From positions 127,100,001-127,164,000 of the forward strand of contig OX597818.1 in the NCBI GenBank assembly GCA_951406725.2: a DNA stretch of 64,000 bases, written 5' to 3'. The position numbers and the translations under genes are program-made. Below, piece after piece: positions 1 through 12,014 of this stretch. The notes under the pieces were generated by a model. It searched no databases, had not been told where the DNA came from, and was given only the letters and a program-made list of their open reading frames with translations. The DNA is from Octopus vulgaris (taxonomy: Eukaryota). Every line of letters begins with the position of its first letter. The first letter of the stretch is position 1.

Positions 1-5
1 GCGCC

Positions 6-52
<47 letters not shown>

Positions 53-188
53 AAACCTATGGTATAATCATAAACAGGGAAAATTTTAGCCGTTTCTCTG
101 CAGACTGAAAAAAAAATAATGAACCTTCATTTCGAATCTTACTGGGTTCTCATCAGAGGTGTCTACACCATTCTGACAGTCTCCAGAT

Positions 189-394
<206 letters not shown>

Positions 395-397
395 ACA

Positions 398-680
398 GGC
401 GCGTGGCTTAGTGGTTAAGGTATTCGGCTCACAAGCGCAAGGTCGTGAGTTCAATTCTCGGTAATGCGTTGTCTCCTTGAGTAAGACACTTTATTTCACG
501 TTGCTTCAGTCCACTCATCTGGCAAAAATGAGTAGCACCTGTATTTCATAGGGCCAGACTTGTCACACACTGTGTCGCTTAATAATTAAGCACTGGTGTC
601 GATTCGTTCGATTAAAACCCGTCAAGGTAGTGTCACACCTTGGCTGCAGTTCAATGGCTAAAACAAGTAAATAGATAAGA
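398..680 (+). mobile_element. Chimeric tRNA-derived SINE (tRNA head, CORE-like block, family-B2 middle, family-A tail)
   Basis: A-box TGGCTTAGTGG and B-box GAGTTCAATTC; then CCTTGAGTAAGACACTT; ACCTGTATTTCATAGGGCCAGACTTGTCAC matches 41196-41225; the end AAACAAGTAAA matches the family-A tail. Confidence 0.8.
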
Positions 681-1074
681 TACAGTTTTTATTTATTTAT
701 TTATTCATTTAGGCACGGATCTAATAAATATTCATAGGGTATTTGTAGAATACATTGATATAATTGAAACCCAGTCGACAGTATTTAAGATTTTCTTTAC
801 TGAATCCGAAATTTTAAAATCTAATTTCGTCCTACATGTAGCAGCGCATTGGCACGACTACATTAGCTTCCACCTTTCTATTTTCCAATTAGATATTGAT
901 GCTATAGAATTAAACGGCCACACAAGCCACTAATCGAGAATATCCTGCATGCTCAAGCGTGACTGAGCTATCAAGAATGTTTCCTATTGTCAGTGGAATC
1001 GAGAGATTCCTCCCCGTCTGAACCTTGCTAATGACAATTAGCATGCTATAAAGTCTGTCGAGTTAGATATAAGA

Positions 1075-1315
1075 AAATAGCTGGCATGTACAGGAAGAGC
1101 TCACCATTGTAATTAGTAAAATCACTGATAATTAACATTTGGTTAACATGGCTGTGCCCGCTAATGTTGAATACTTTGGTTGGACCATAGATGGAAGAGT
1201 AACAGTCTACTTCGCCACGAGTCTTGAAATCGACTGTGTAGATTCTTCACCGAATTTTTCACTGTTTAACGGAGAATTCGAGATTTAACAATATCCTTTT
1301 AAAATACGCAACATC
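1075..1315 (+). mobile_element. Decayed DNA transposon 3' end, possibly Academ (XPG-type)
   Basis: Frameshifted remnant H-V-x-R-A-H...AVPANVEYFGWTIDG; TTTTTCACTGTTTAACGGAGAATTCGA (~1255-1281) is the reverse complement of ~14686-14712. Confidence 0.35.
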
Positions 1316-1447
1316 TTTTAGCTGAAAGAAATGATAGAAATCTTTCGCTATTAGTAGAAAAGTGAAATAATAATTCGCATTGTAAATAGAGCAATGGTTC
1401 TTCTTCAAACCCCAACATACATAATTAAGTCCCAAACAATACAGTGT

Positions 1448-1670
1448 GAGGACGCGTAGCCCAGTGGTTATGATGTTGGAAGATCGTGGTCACGATTGTC
1501 GGGCTGGGCAGTGCATTGTCTTCTTCACGTTGCTCCTGTCCTCTCAGCTATAAATTACTAAATCTGCGACAGTCTGGCGTCCCACTCAGGAGGTATTTCG
1601 TGATCTCGGTACTCATATGCCATGGAAACCCAGTACCCTGCACAGTGAATCCTAGGGCTCAAGATAGTAA
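1448..1670 (+). mobile_element. Old, diverged tRNA-derived SINE
   Basis: TAGCCCAGTGGTTA A-box remnant; CACGTTGCTCCTGTC block shared with 398-680; GCGACAGTCTGGCGTCCCACTCAGG central motif. Confidence 0.55.
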
Positions 1671-1697
1671 TAGCCATGAGACTTAAACAATGAACAC

Positions 1698-2661
1698 ATA
1701 TTTTCAGTTTGGCTTTCACTTTTCAAATCCTTCAATTTTGCTCCGATTTATTTCGGATTTGGTATATTGATATAGTTTTGCATGCTGATAATGGAAATTA
1801 AATTCATTTTTGCCATAAATCAATAAATAAAAATTGAATGGCTCTTAAAACTCGCAAATCTTGCGTAATTTTAGCCAATCAAAAGCCACAGACATTGTTG
1901 CCTATTTCTATAGTAATACGCCAAGATATTGTGTAAAGTGCTTACCCGTCTGTTGCCAACTTGCGTAACCTTCCGTATATGATGGAGAAATTAAAAACCA
2001 AGGAAGCTGCAGCTGATCAGGCAGACCTATTATCAAAAGAAGCATTATCATACTGAACGCCCCACAATTTTAGAGTTATCTAGGGTTACCATAATCTAGT
2101 AAGTCCTTCCTCATTCTATAACGTTAGGATGTTCTTTGGGGGGAAATCTGGCTGTCTGTTCTAGAAGTTCCATCATCACATGAACTAAACTACAGTTCAT
2201 TTTCTCATAATTTAACGTTCTCGCTACAAAATAAGTATTGTTTACATGGACTGAACTACAGTTTTTTTCAAGTTTTCTTTTATGTAATTTAACGTTCAGT
2301 TTCAATTCCTTAATTTTTGTTGTTCTTTTTGGTAATTTTTCGCATCACATGCCTGTTCCAACATTCCACCTGATTTTATTCGTTAAACGTTATTAAAATT
2401 TTCGTCGTTGAATGTTTTGTCGTCGTAATGTTCTCATCAGTAGTCATAATGTTTCATCAAGTATAAAATGTTAGCTTCCAAACCATGTTTTCTGATTGGG
2501 CAAAAATTTATCAAACTTTAAACCTCTTCAACAATTTTCTAAAAATCTTTTCTGGAGCAAGTGAATAACAATATCAGATTCAGTGTGAAAAATTACATCA
2601 ATATACCAAATTTGAAAAGTCTCAATTTTAAATTTTCAAAATGATGTCAAACAGAAAATAT
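1698..2661. mobile_element. Non-autonomous DNA transposon (MITE-like) with imperfect TIRs
   Basis: Left end ATATTTTCAGTTTGGC...ATTTGGTATATTGAT mirrors right end ATCAATATACCAAAT...GTCAAACAGAAAATAT; internal ~70-bp duplication at 2175-2300. Confidence 0.7.
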
Positions 2662-3462
2662 CCTAATATGCTTCTTACGCTTTCATATATATGTATCATT
2701 TGTGGTTAGCATGGCGTCTCGGTATTTGAGGTTGCAGTGAAGCAATACTTGCCGTTAGAAAATGTTCTAAAAAAAAAGTTGAAATGTGTGAGGGAAGACT
2801 GGCTGAGTGGTGGGGAGAGAATTGCACGATGTGATAAGATTGATAGATTAAATATATTGTTAAATTAAATAAATTTCCCTTTTTAGTTCCCTTGTTCTCT
2901 CCTATTCATGGTTTTTCATCATCTAGTAGATATGATTATAAGATTTTAATATTTTAGTCAAGCGTGTAACTTTGTGCTTGTTATAAAGTCATTAGAAATA
3001 GGTTTTACACTTGCACCATAATTTTCTAGCATAATTTAGTTCCGCATGAGACTTTTAAAGCAAGCATTACACAGATACCTTTCGATTTGACAGTACACAA
3101 GCAAAGTAAAATTGACCAAAGAAATGCATTTTTCTTTCTACTTCAGGAGGCTTGTGTAGTTAGAAAAATGGCTTTAGAGCCCTGTCACTTTGTATACCTT
3201 ATTTTCTAATCCATTGGTACCACACAAGACGTTGGTACAGTCAGAGAAAATGTTGATCCTGAACACAGGACATCCTAATATATATATCTGTAATATAATA
3301 TAGGACAATTATTTGGTTGCCATAATAAGACTCCGAGTTTCGGGTGTCGGGGCGAAAACCTGCACCGGCATCTCGTCAGTTATCTAGGCAATCAAAATAT
3401 GGTATGAAAATGAGCGTTGAACACAGGGAAATTACTATTAAGATATATATATATATATATAT

Positions 3463-3561
3463 AACGGGAAGCTTTATGAAAATAGACAAAAGACGAAGGC
3501 AGGTGGAAAACAAACAAACAATTGTATTAGTATGGCGCTCAGGAAATATAAATAAAACAAG
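3463..3561 (-). mobile_element. Penelope-like terminal fragment in (TA)n, family E
   Basis: CAAAAGACGAAGGCAGGTGG...TGTATTAGTATGGCGCTCAGGAA matches 15617-15677 and the reverse complement of 45418-45480; truncated before the hammerhead. Confidence 0.6.
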
Positions 3562-3562
3562 T

Positions 3563-3947
3563 ATATATATATATAAAGCTGAAGTTGTCTATGTATGGCA
3601 GGCTTGGTAGCCTTCAACTAACACTATCTCCTCCGAGACTCTGCGGTGCAAGTTGACCAAAATTGAGAGTATGATAGAAGAAGGCTTGCTTTTCCTTCCG
3701 TAGAAGGAATTCAAATCGGACCATGTTAACACCAAAAATTATTTACATCAAAAAGATGCTTTTTTATGAAAATTCCCCATATTTTACGATTTTTCACTGC
3801 TGTGTCACCATTTTTCGGTGTATTTCAACCAGAAAAATGTTCACTTAAAGAGAATAACAAGCTACATAATGCACAAGTTTTACTTTTCAAAAATTCCAAT
3901 TCTAAAGGGTCGAAACAAACCGGAGCAACGCCGGGCGATACTGCTAG
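3563..3947 (+). mobile_element. Non-autonomous Helitron
   Basis: Begins TATATAAAGCTGAAGTTGT; ends with GC hairpin CCGGAGCAACGCCGGG then CGATACTG-CTAG|T, shared with the ends at 29773, 39605 and 63148. Confidence 0.8.
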
Positions 3948-4016
3948 TATATATATATATGTATATATATGAAATAGGGTTACGGTTAGGATTAGGGTTA
4001 TGCATATATGCATGTA

Positions 4017-4083
<67 letters not shown>

Positions 4084-4336
4084 GGAAGTAATTCTAAACT
4101 TGTGCAGTTGGATTTCTAAGTATTTCACAACAGCTTGACCCAACACCGCATTACACAAAATTCTAAGGCGAAGATAGGGCGACTACTCCTCCACTTGAAC
4201 GGATTCACATACACGCACGCACGCACACACATACACGTACACATACACACGCACATATATATATACATATGTACACACATACACTTATACGTATATATAC
4301 ACACACACACATATACATACATGTATTTATGTTTAT

Positions 4337-4399
<63 letters not shown>

Positions 4400-4404
4400 T
4401 ATAT

Positions 4405-4753
4405 TCTTTTATTTGTTTTAGTCTTTCACTGCTGCCAAGCCGGAGCACCGCCTTTAGTCGAATAAATCGACCTCAGGACTTATTCTTTGCAAGCCTAGTA
4501 TTTATTCTATCTGTCTCTTTTGCCGAAACGCTAGGTTACGGAGACGTAAACACACCATCTTCCCAAGGCTTCCCAATCACATGGATCCGGGTTCAGTCGC
4601 ACTGTGTGGCACCTTGGGCGACCAAAGCCTCGGGCGATCAAAGCCTCGGGCGACCAAAGCCTCGGGCGATCAAAGCCTCGGGCGACCAAAGCCTCAGGCG
4701 ACCAAAGCCTTGTGAGTAGATTTGGTAGACGGAAACTGAAAGAAGCCCGTCGC

Positions 4754-4795
<42 letters not shown>

Positions 4796-4998
4796 TTTCA
4801 TTTGACTGCAGTCATGCTGGAGCATCGTAGCAGACAAATGACTGAAACAAATAAAAGAATATATACTTATACGACGGGATTCTTTCAGTTTCCATCTACC
4901 AAATCCACTCACAAGTAGAAGACACCTGCCGAAGGCACTGAACCCAGGGCTATGTGGTTGGAAAAACACGCTTCTTGCCACACAGCCACTCATGTGCC
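4405..4998. mobile_element. Scrambled cluster of SINE family A fragments in both orientations
   Basis: Minus 3' half 4405-4560; plus 5' part 4561-4755 with six copies of a 16-bp unit; minus 5' part 4870-4998. Confidence 0.85.
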
Positions 4999-5019
4999 TA
5001 TATATATATATATATATAT

Positions 5020-5067
<48 letters not shown>

Positions 5068-5173
5068 TCTGATTGAAAATTATACATGTATACAGATATA
5101 TAATTAAACACATTTTCACACACACACATATGTGCATGCATATATATACGTGTGTGAGTGTGTGTGTATGTGC

Positions 5174-5268
<95 letters not shown>

Positions 5269-5883
5269 TGTCTGTCTGTCTGTTCTTAAAAATCGAGACA
5301 GGCCGATAAGATATTACTATTCCCGGCCGGTAGATGTGGTAGTGACAGCTATAGTACGGTAGTGTTGACTGTGGTAATGGCGGTAGTATCGAATGGTCTT
5401 CGAATCAACCTCCGCCAAGGGATGCATGCCGTATCCCTTTTCATGTTATTTACTTCCATTAATATTTCTTGATCGACTGCGAATATTGCTATAGACCTTT
5501 TGTCACGGACTAGATTTTGCGGAAAGACTCCATGATATATGTAGATAAGTATGTTTTATCGTTGTATGCGTATGTATGAAAATATGAGAATTAATATACG
5601 TCCAGGCACAGAAACATATGTATACACATATACATGTACTTATACATATGAAAAATATGTGTGTGTGTGTGTGCGCGTGTGTGTGTTTGTATGTTTATGT
5701 ACATATATGCATGTAAATGAATATATATGCATATGAAAGAAAATATGTGTGTATATATATATATGTATATATATATATATAGAGAGAGAGAGAGTGAGAG
5801 AGAGAAAGAAAGAGTGAGAGGGTGACAGAGCGATGAGAGGGTGACAGAGAGATATAGTGTGTGTGTGTGTGGTACATAGACAC

Positions 5884-5914
<31 letters not shown>

Positions 5915-6003
5915 TTGTGAGTAAATGTAAACGTATGTTCATATATGTGTGTGTGAAAATGTGTATAATTATATATCTCTATATATGTATAATTTTCACT
6001 CAA

Positions 6004-6040
<37 letters not shown>

Positions 6041-6074
6041 ATCTATCTATCTATATATATATATATATATATGT

Positions 6075-6122
<48 letters not shown>

Positions 6123-6675
6123 GTATATATATATTTGTGCATGTGTATCTACTCATATATTTATATATGTACATATATATATACATATATATACGCATCA
6201 ATATATACACACGCATATACATTTAAGCATTTGTGTATCTGTGTGCATACATGTGAGTGTGTGTTTTGATATTGATATATACAGAGATAGAGTGCACGAT
6301 AAAATGATACCATGGTCCCTACTTTATACACCTCCTCTATGTATTTCCTTCACATACACATTCATATATACATTTACATATAAATACGAACTACTGATTT
6401 CATCTCATCCCCCTATCCTAGTATCTTTACCTCCCTGTCAATCGTTCATTCCGATCGACCCCTCTCCGTTTCACTCCATATTCAATGCATGCACATCCAT
6501 ATACACTCCTCACTTCACTTTACGACGCTCTCCCGCCCCTTTCGCCTCGAATAGTCACTCTCCTGAACTTATCAACCAACACCATTATCACAACCATCCG
6601 ATCACCATCAACGACATTCATATATATACATCAATGTCATTCTTATTTTCTCTCTGCTTTTTCTCCTGTATCTTT

Positions 6676-6882
<207 letters not shown>

Positions 6883-7358
6883 TTTTTTTTCTTGTTCTTG
6901 ATATTCTTCCTGACGTTGTTGCAAGAAACCTAACACCGAAGGAGAGAATGGAAAAAGATGGAAAATATCGGCTTGTTATCTTTTTGTTGTTTTCTAGCTT
7001 TGATCGATGTAGATATATCCGGTGGCATCCAAAACTTCCGTTGCGCAAAACATCCTGGCCCTTGTAAAGATAATTTTCAGTCAATTTGTGATAGCATTTC
7101 ACCAATATTAAAGGACTTTACTATCGTTGTTAAGTCGAGTTTTGCTAAGAAGCAAGACAATTCCGAAACAACAGTTTAAGACACGTGAAAGAACGAAAGA
7201 GAAGGCCATAGCAAAAGAATTCTTTTAATATACGTTAGGTTATATTAGTTTTAAACTGATTCAATAAAAGAAAGATCCAAATGTAGATTCTACGAAAAAC
7301 GTGTATTAGATGAGTGTGTATGTGTGTGTGTGTGTGTATGTGTGTGTGTGTGTGTGTA

Positions 7359-7442
<84 letters not shown>

Positions 7443-8529
7443 CCGTAACAATTCATGAGGCATGAGAGATGAATATATTTATTTAACCACTTCACATCCT
7501 TAGCTGTAAGGCCGTTTTGCCGTAAGGCTCTTTCAACTAGTAATAACTTAAGTGTGAGAGAAATTATATTTATGCGTTTGCACTTTTATGCATGCTCTGC
7601 TCTATACAATTGTATATTCATAAATCAATGCTAATAAAGAAAAAAAAGCTCATCAGATCACCAGAACAGACACACACAAACGGTTCAACTCTGGTTAAAT
7701 AAATATATTCACATATTCACCTCTCATACCTCCTGACTAAGGTTTATATAATCCAGCGATCTTCTGAATTTCAGCTACATCAACACTCTACATTGCACTG
7801 TTTTGGAATTACTAAGTAGAGTATATTTTTTTTGTTTAACCGTGCTTCACCTGTGGCATTTGCTGAACATAGGTAGAATGGGAAGACCTGGAATTCAGGA
7901 CCCTTATTTTTAGCACATATGCCTATGTGACCACTCAGTAGAATCTATTTCGTACTGGATCTGCTAGTCCTAGCTGGTGGGGGTGCTTGCCTCCCCTTCG
8001 CAAATATAAGGACACAGGAAATGTGTCAAAGCCGACAGGAAGCGTCGATGCTTCCTAGGGCTAAATAGCGGTGGTGTAATTCCCTTTACGGGACTGTCAC
8101 CTTATGTTGACAGTATACAACCACTCTATCGCTTCACCACCGCTCATGTCTTTTTGAGACATTTAGAAATTCAATATTTCTGATCTCGTATTTGTTGTCG
8201 GGAAACATACAAAAGGTTATAAACTTAATCATGTGTTCATTCTCTACAAACACTTGGCAGAAAACATTCAGAGCATTAATTGTTTGGACCTGTTCAGTCA
8301 ACTGTGTCAGCCTTAACTTACGACGTCAAACATTGTCACTTGAGACTAACACACGGACGTAACGAGGAACCTACCTTCTAAGACCAGCATGTGACTATCC
8401 TGTACCATTCAAATCTTATTCAAAACATATACTAATTTGAGCCATGAACTCCTTATTGAAACAGGGCAAACTTCAGACACTAGTCACAAGCATAACAGTT
8501 GCGACATAAGCCACGTCTTTCTAGTTGAA

Positions 8530-8568
8530 CCTTCTGAAAATCAGTGTAAACTGTGAAACCGGTTAAAG
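8530..8568 (+). ncRNA. Degenerate minimal hammerhead ribozyme motif
   Basis: cctt-CTGAAAA-TCAGTGTAAACTGT-GAAAC-CG-GTT-aaag; palindromic AACCGGTT stem III; G8 replaced by A without compensation. Confidence 0.5.
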
Positions 8569-8666
8569 CTTCAAATATATTAATAAAATAATATTTTAAG
8601 TAGTCTCAGTGCATTTTCAACTTTTATTTTTCCTATATATATACATACATACATACACACACACAT

Positions 8667-8711
<45 letters not shown>

Positions 8712-8716
<5 letters not shown>

Positions 8717-9312
8717 ATACAAAAAATGGGCCAACCCCAAGGAAAATCTAAGCTAAGAGCACTAGATTCCTCGGAAGAAAGCAGAGAATGTATACGAAAA
8801 CAAGGACCCACCTCTCTCACATTTCCTGGCCTTCCCTTCATTCTCATCTTCCCTCCTCTTTCACTTCACTCTGTCCCTTTTTCCTCGTCTATCCTTAATT
8901 CTTCTATCTCTTTGCCTCTACCTCTCTCCTCTCCTTCCACGTGACCGGTGTTCGACCATACCTGATCTTTCTTTTTGGGCTCGACTACCATCCGTGCAAC
9001 ATCTATATTCCTACCTATGCCTGTTATCACTTATGTCCCTGCCGTAAGGCTTCACTTCCACACATGCCAACTTAATTTGATTCGTCCTTAGTCGAAAGAC
9101 ACCTGTTGTTAATGTCCTGTTGTTTGTATTTGTAATTCTGTACCATTTCTCCGTTTTTTTCCTCCTTGTTTTCGTATAAATTCGTTGCTTTCTTCCGAGG
9201 AATCTAGTGCTCTTAGCTTAGATTTTCCTTGGGTCTGGCCAGATTGGAGCAGCCTTGTCCCATGTTTTGTATTCTTTTTATATGCATATAGCGGCGTACG
9301 TACACATTTTGG

Positions 9313-9316
<4 letters not shown>
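8712..9316. mobile_element. (TA)n-flanked repeat family D with inverted terminal duplication (probable Penelope-like terminal repeat)
   Basis: 8713-8806 is the reverse complement of ~9165-9275; body matches 24410-25030 and 32280-32375; TA runs on both sides. Confidence 0.65.
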
Positions 9317-9367
<51 letters not shown>

Positions 9368-10514
9368 ATGAGACCTTTGTGTTCTAGCCGACTTCTACTC
9401 GACTCTATATCATTTCTCATCACCTTGACGCTGACAACCTTGCCCGTACTGTATCGCAAACGTTACGACAGATCAAAGAACCACTGTCAAAACTCGTTCC
9501 ACTGGCCATTATCCTTGTCTTGTACTTGACTTACATATTTAGGTATGTGCCTACAGGTAGGAATGTGATGAACCAACTGGGGCAGCTGCCTCATTTCATA
9601 TCAGTTTCGAAGGCCAGGCATATGCTTCTATATGCCCTACCTCAGTCAGTGAAAACTACACCAATCCATCCATCAATATGACTAACGCCTCTGAGAAACT
9701 ATTGACAATTATGTTTTATGAAAAGTACATGAATGTTACTTTCTTCTGGTTATTTCTTTGATTAAATTGTCAGGCAAAAAAAAAAAACAATTTTGCATGA
9801 CAATTTTCTCATGACCTTTGTTTTGTAGAGAAACGTCCCCATATTCCAAACTTATTTGGCTTAACACATTAGCAAATTAGCAATGCAGTTTTTGAGGTGT
9901 TGTGATTGTTTTATTGGAATTTTTAGTGGGCATTATTTTCAGCTATCGCCAGACTTTGTTTGCATAAGAAATGTGTTTGCTTGTGTTTTCTGTATATTTC
10001 TCGAAGCGTCAATGTCAGCATTTATGTTTGTTTTCGCTTCTATTTGTTTAATTTTTCTTTTTTTTTTTGACAGTGTTTATCTTTCCACAATTTTGAACAA
10101 ATCTTCTTATGTTTTTTGCTTCGAAGATTTTTATAAGCATGATCGATGCTACTGCCTTTCTAAAAATTGTAAGTGATCAAATGTTTTTAAGTCAAATAAA
10201 TTTTAAACTGAGAGACTTTTTCCTCCATGGCGAGTTAATGGACTAGGTATCTAAAAATACCAGGACTCTTAATTTTTAAATACTCCAGAAAGAGTATTTA
10301 AATGAACTTTGTAGAAATTGAACACCACTGACAGCGAAATGAAGCAATTTCGATAGCAGCAAAATGGCGACAATATCAGTGAGTGAGAGATAAGAGTAGC
10401 ATATGTCGATCACATCCCTTGACTGATTATTTATTTCATTGCACCGGCAAGTATGGAAGGTTTGATTTGAAACTACGAAAGTAAAGGGAAGGAATGTCGG
10501 AAGATTTCAGGTTT

Positions 10515-10838
10515 TATTTACATTATTTATATTTGACGGATATTTGTCCTCATCTTGTTTGTTGTTTCGGCTTATATACCCTCCAGCCCTCATCAGGTGT
10601 CTTGGGGAAATTTCGAACATAAGTTCTCATTCCTAAGGTATTTTTCGATGTTATTATCATGATTATAGTTATTCAGGTCCCTGCCTGGAATCGAACTCGG
10701 AATCTTGGGGGTTAGTAGCCCGCGCTCTGAATCGCTACGTGGCAATTATGGAGTGAAATTTAGGGCTTATAAATCTAATATTTTCCAATCATTCCTTAAT
10801 ACTGGTTCCCATATGCTATTCATATTTGCACTCGGTCT
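10515..10838 (-). mobile_element. Penelope-like 3' end, inverted copy (EN C-terminus remnant, tRNA-like cassette, partial hammerhead)
   Basis: Reverse complement of 11456-11612 plus 11925-12062; B-box GAGTTCGATTCC at 10687-10698; CTGATGA...GAAAC at 10596-10564 with the cleavage arm deleted. Confidence 0.8.
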
Positions 10839-11093
10839 ACTCTTTACTCTTTTACATACTTCAGTCATGAAACTGCGGCCATACTGGAGCACTGCCTTTA
10901 GTCAAACAAATCGACCCCAGGACCTATTCTTTGTAAGCCTAGTACTTATTATGTCGGTCTCTTTTACCGAACCGCTAAGTTACGGGGACGTAAACACACC
11001 AGCATCGGTTGTCAAGCAATGTTGGGGGACAAACACAGACACACAAACATATACACACACAAACATATACACACACATACATACATACATACA

Positions 11094-11172
<79 letters not shown>

Positions 11173-11188
11173 CTGAAAGAAGCTCGTC

Positions 11189-11234
<46 letters not shown>

Positions 11235-11393
11235 GACGAGCTTCTTTCAGTTTTCGTCTACCAAATCCACTCACAAGGCTTTGGTTGGCCCGAAGCTATA
11301 GCAGAAGACACTTGCCCAATGTGCCACGCAATGGGACTAAACCCGGAACCATATGGTTGGTAAACAAGCTACTTACCACACAGCCACTCTTGC
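10838..11393 (-). mobile_element. SINE family A, full length, with internal microsatellite
   Basis: A-box TGGCTGTGTGG, B-box-like GGTTTAGTCCC, TTGGGCAAGTGTCTT block, internal (TA)n/(CATA)n, (AGTAAAAG)-like tail. Confidence 0.92.
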
Positions 11394-11559
11394 ATAGGAA
11401 AATACAAAAATTAAAAGAAGCAGCACATATGCTAGGACACAACAACCTCCTAAGCAGACCGAGTGCAGATATGAATAGCATATGGGAACCGGTATTAAGG
11501 GAGGATAGGAAAATATTAGATTTATAAGCCCTAACATTCACTCCATAATTGCCCACGGG

Positions 11560-11612
11560 CATGAGACGTAGTGGTTAAGAGCGCAGGCTACTAACCCATA
11601 ATTCCGAGCTCG

Positions 11613-11613
<1 letters not shown>
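11560..11613 (+). promoter_or_regulatory. tRNA-like Pol III internal promoter cassette within the Penelope-like end
   Basis: GAGACGTAGTGGTTAAGAGCGCAGGCTACTAACC...CCGAGCTCGAT; the inverted copy (10676-10740) keeps the intact B-box GTTCGATTCC. Confidence 0.6.
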
Positions 11614-11679
<66 letters not shown>

Positions 11680-11680
<1 letters not shown>

Positions 11681-11919
11681 CCTTATTCAGGGACCTTTTG
11701 AGCGGGATGGGCTACTCAACCTGAAGAAAATTCTAACTGGGCCCCACCTGCAAGGTCATGTGCTGTTTATCTTGATATGAGATAACCATGTCGCGCACAT
11801 ATGGTTGTGATGCATGTGCCTGGTGTACCCTTATCAGACGGGTAGTCATGATGGGTATATTGGGCTTCGTATATTTTACCCCAGTGTCACTTTGATGGCA
11901 TGAACTGCTCTCTCACTCA
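11680..11919 (+). mobile_element. Unclassified ~240-bp retroposon fragment inserted in (AAT)n
   Basis: (AAT)n on both sides; absent from the inverted partner at 10515-10838. Confidence 0.55.
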
Positions 11920-11968
11920 ATAATAATAATAACATCGAAAATTACCTTAGGAATGAGAATTTCCCCAA

Positions 11969-12014
11969 GACACCTGATGAAGACTGGAGGATATATCAGC
12001 CGAAACGTTGTGTT
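11969..12014 (+). ncRNA. Minimal type-I hammerhead ribozyme
   Basis: gacac-CTGATGA-A-GACTG(gaggatatat)CAGCC-GAAAC-GTT-gtgtt: stem I gacac/gtgtt, canonical core, loop-less ACGT stem III, predicted cut after 12009. Confidence 0.75.

Noticed and set aside
3976-4000. Telomeric TTAGGG repeats
   Set aside because: Only about four degenerate units.
4616-4711. CRISPR-like array
   Set aside because: Adjacent repeats without unique spacers, eukaryotic context, no cas genes.
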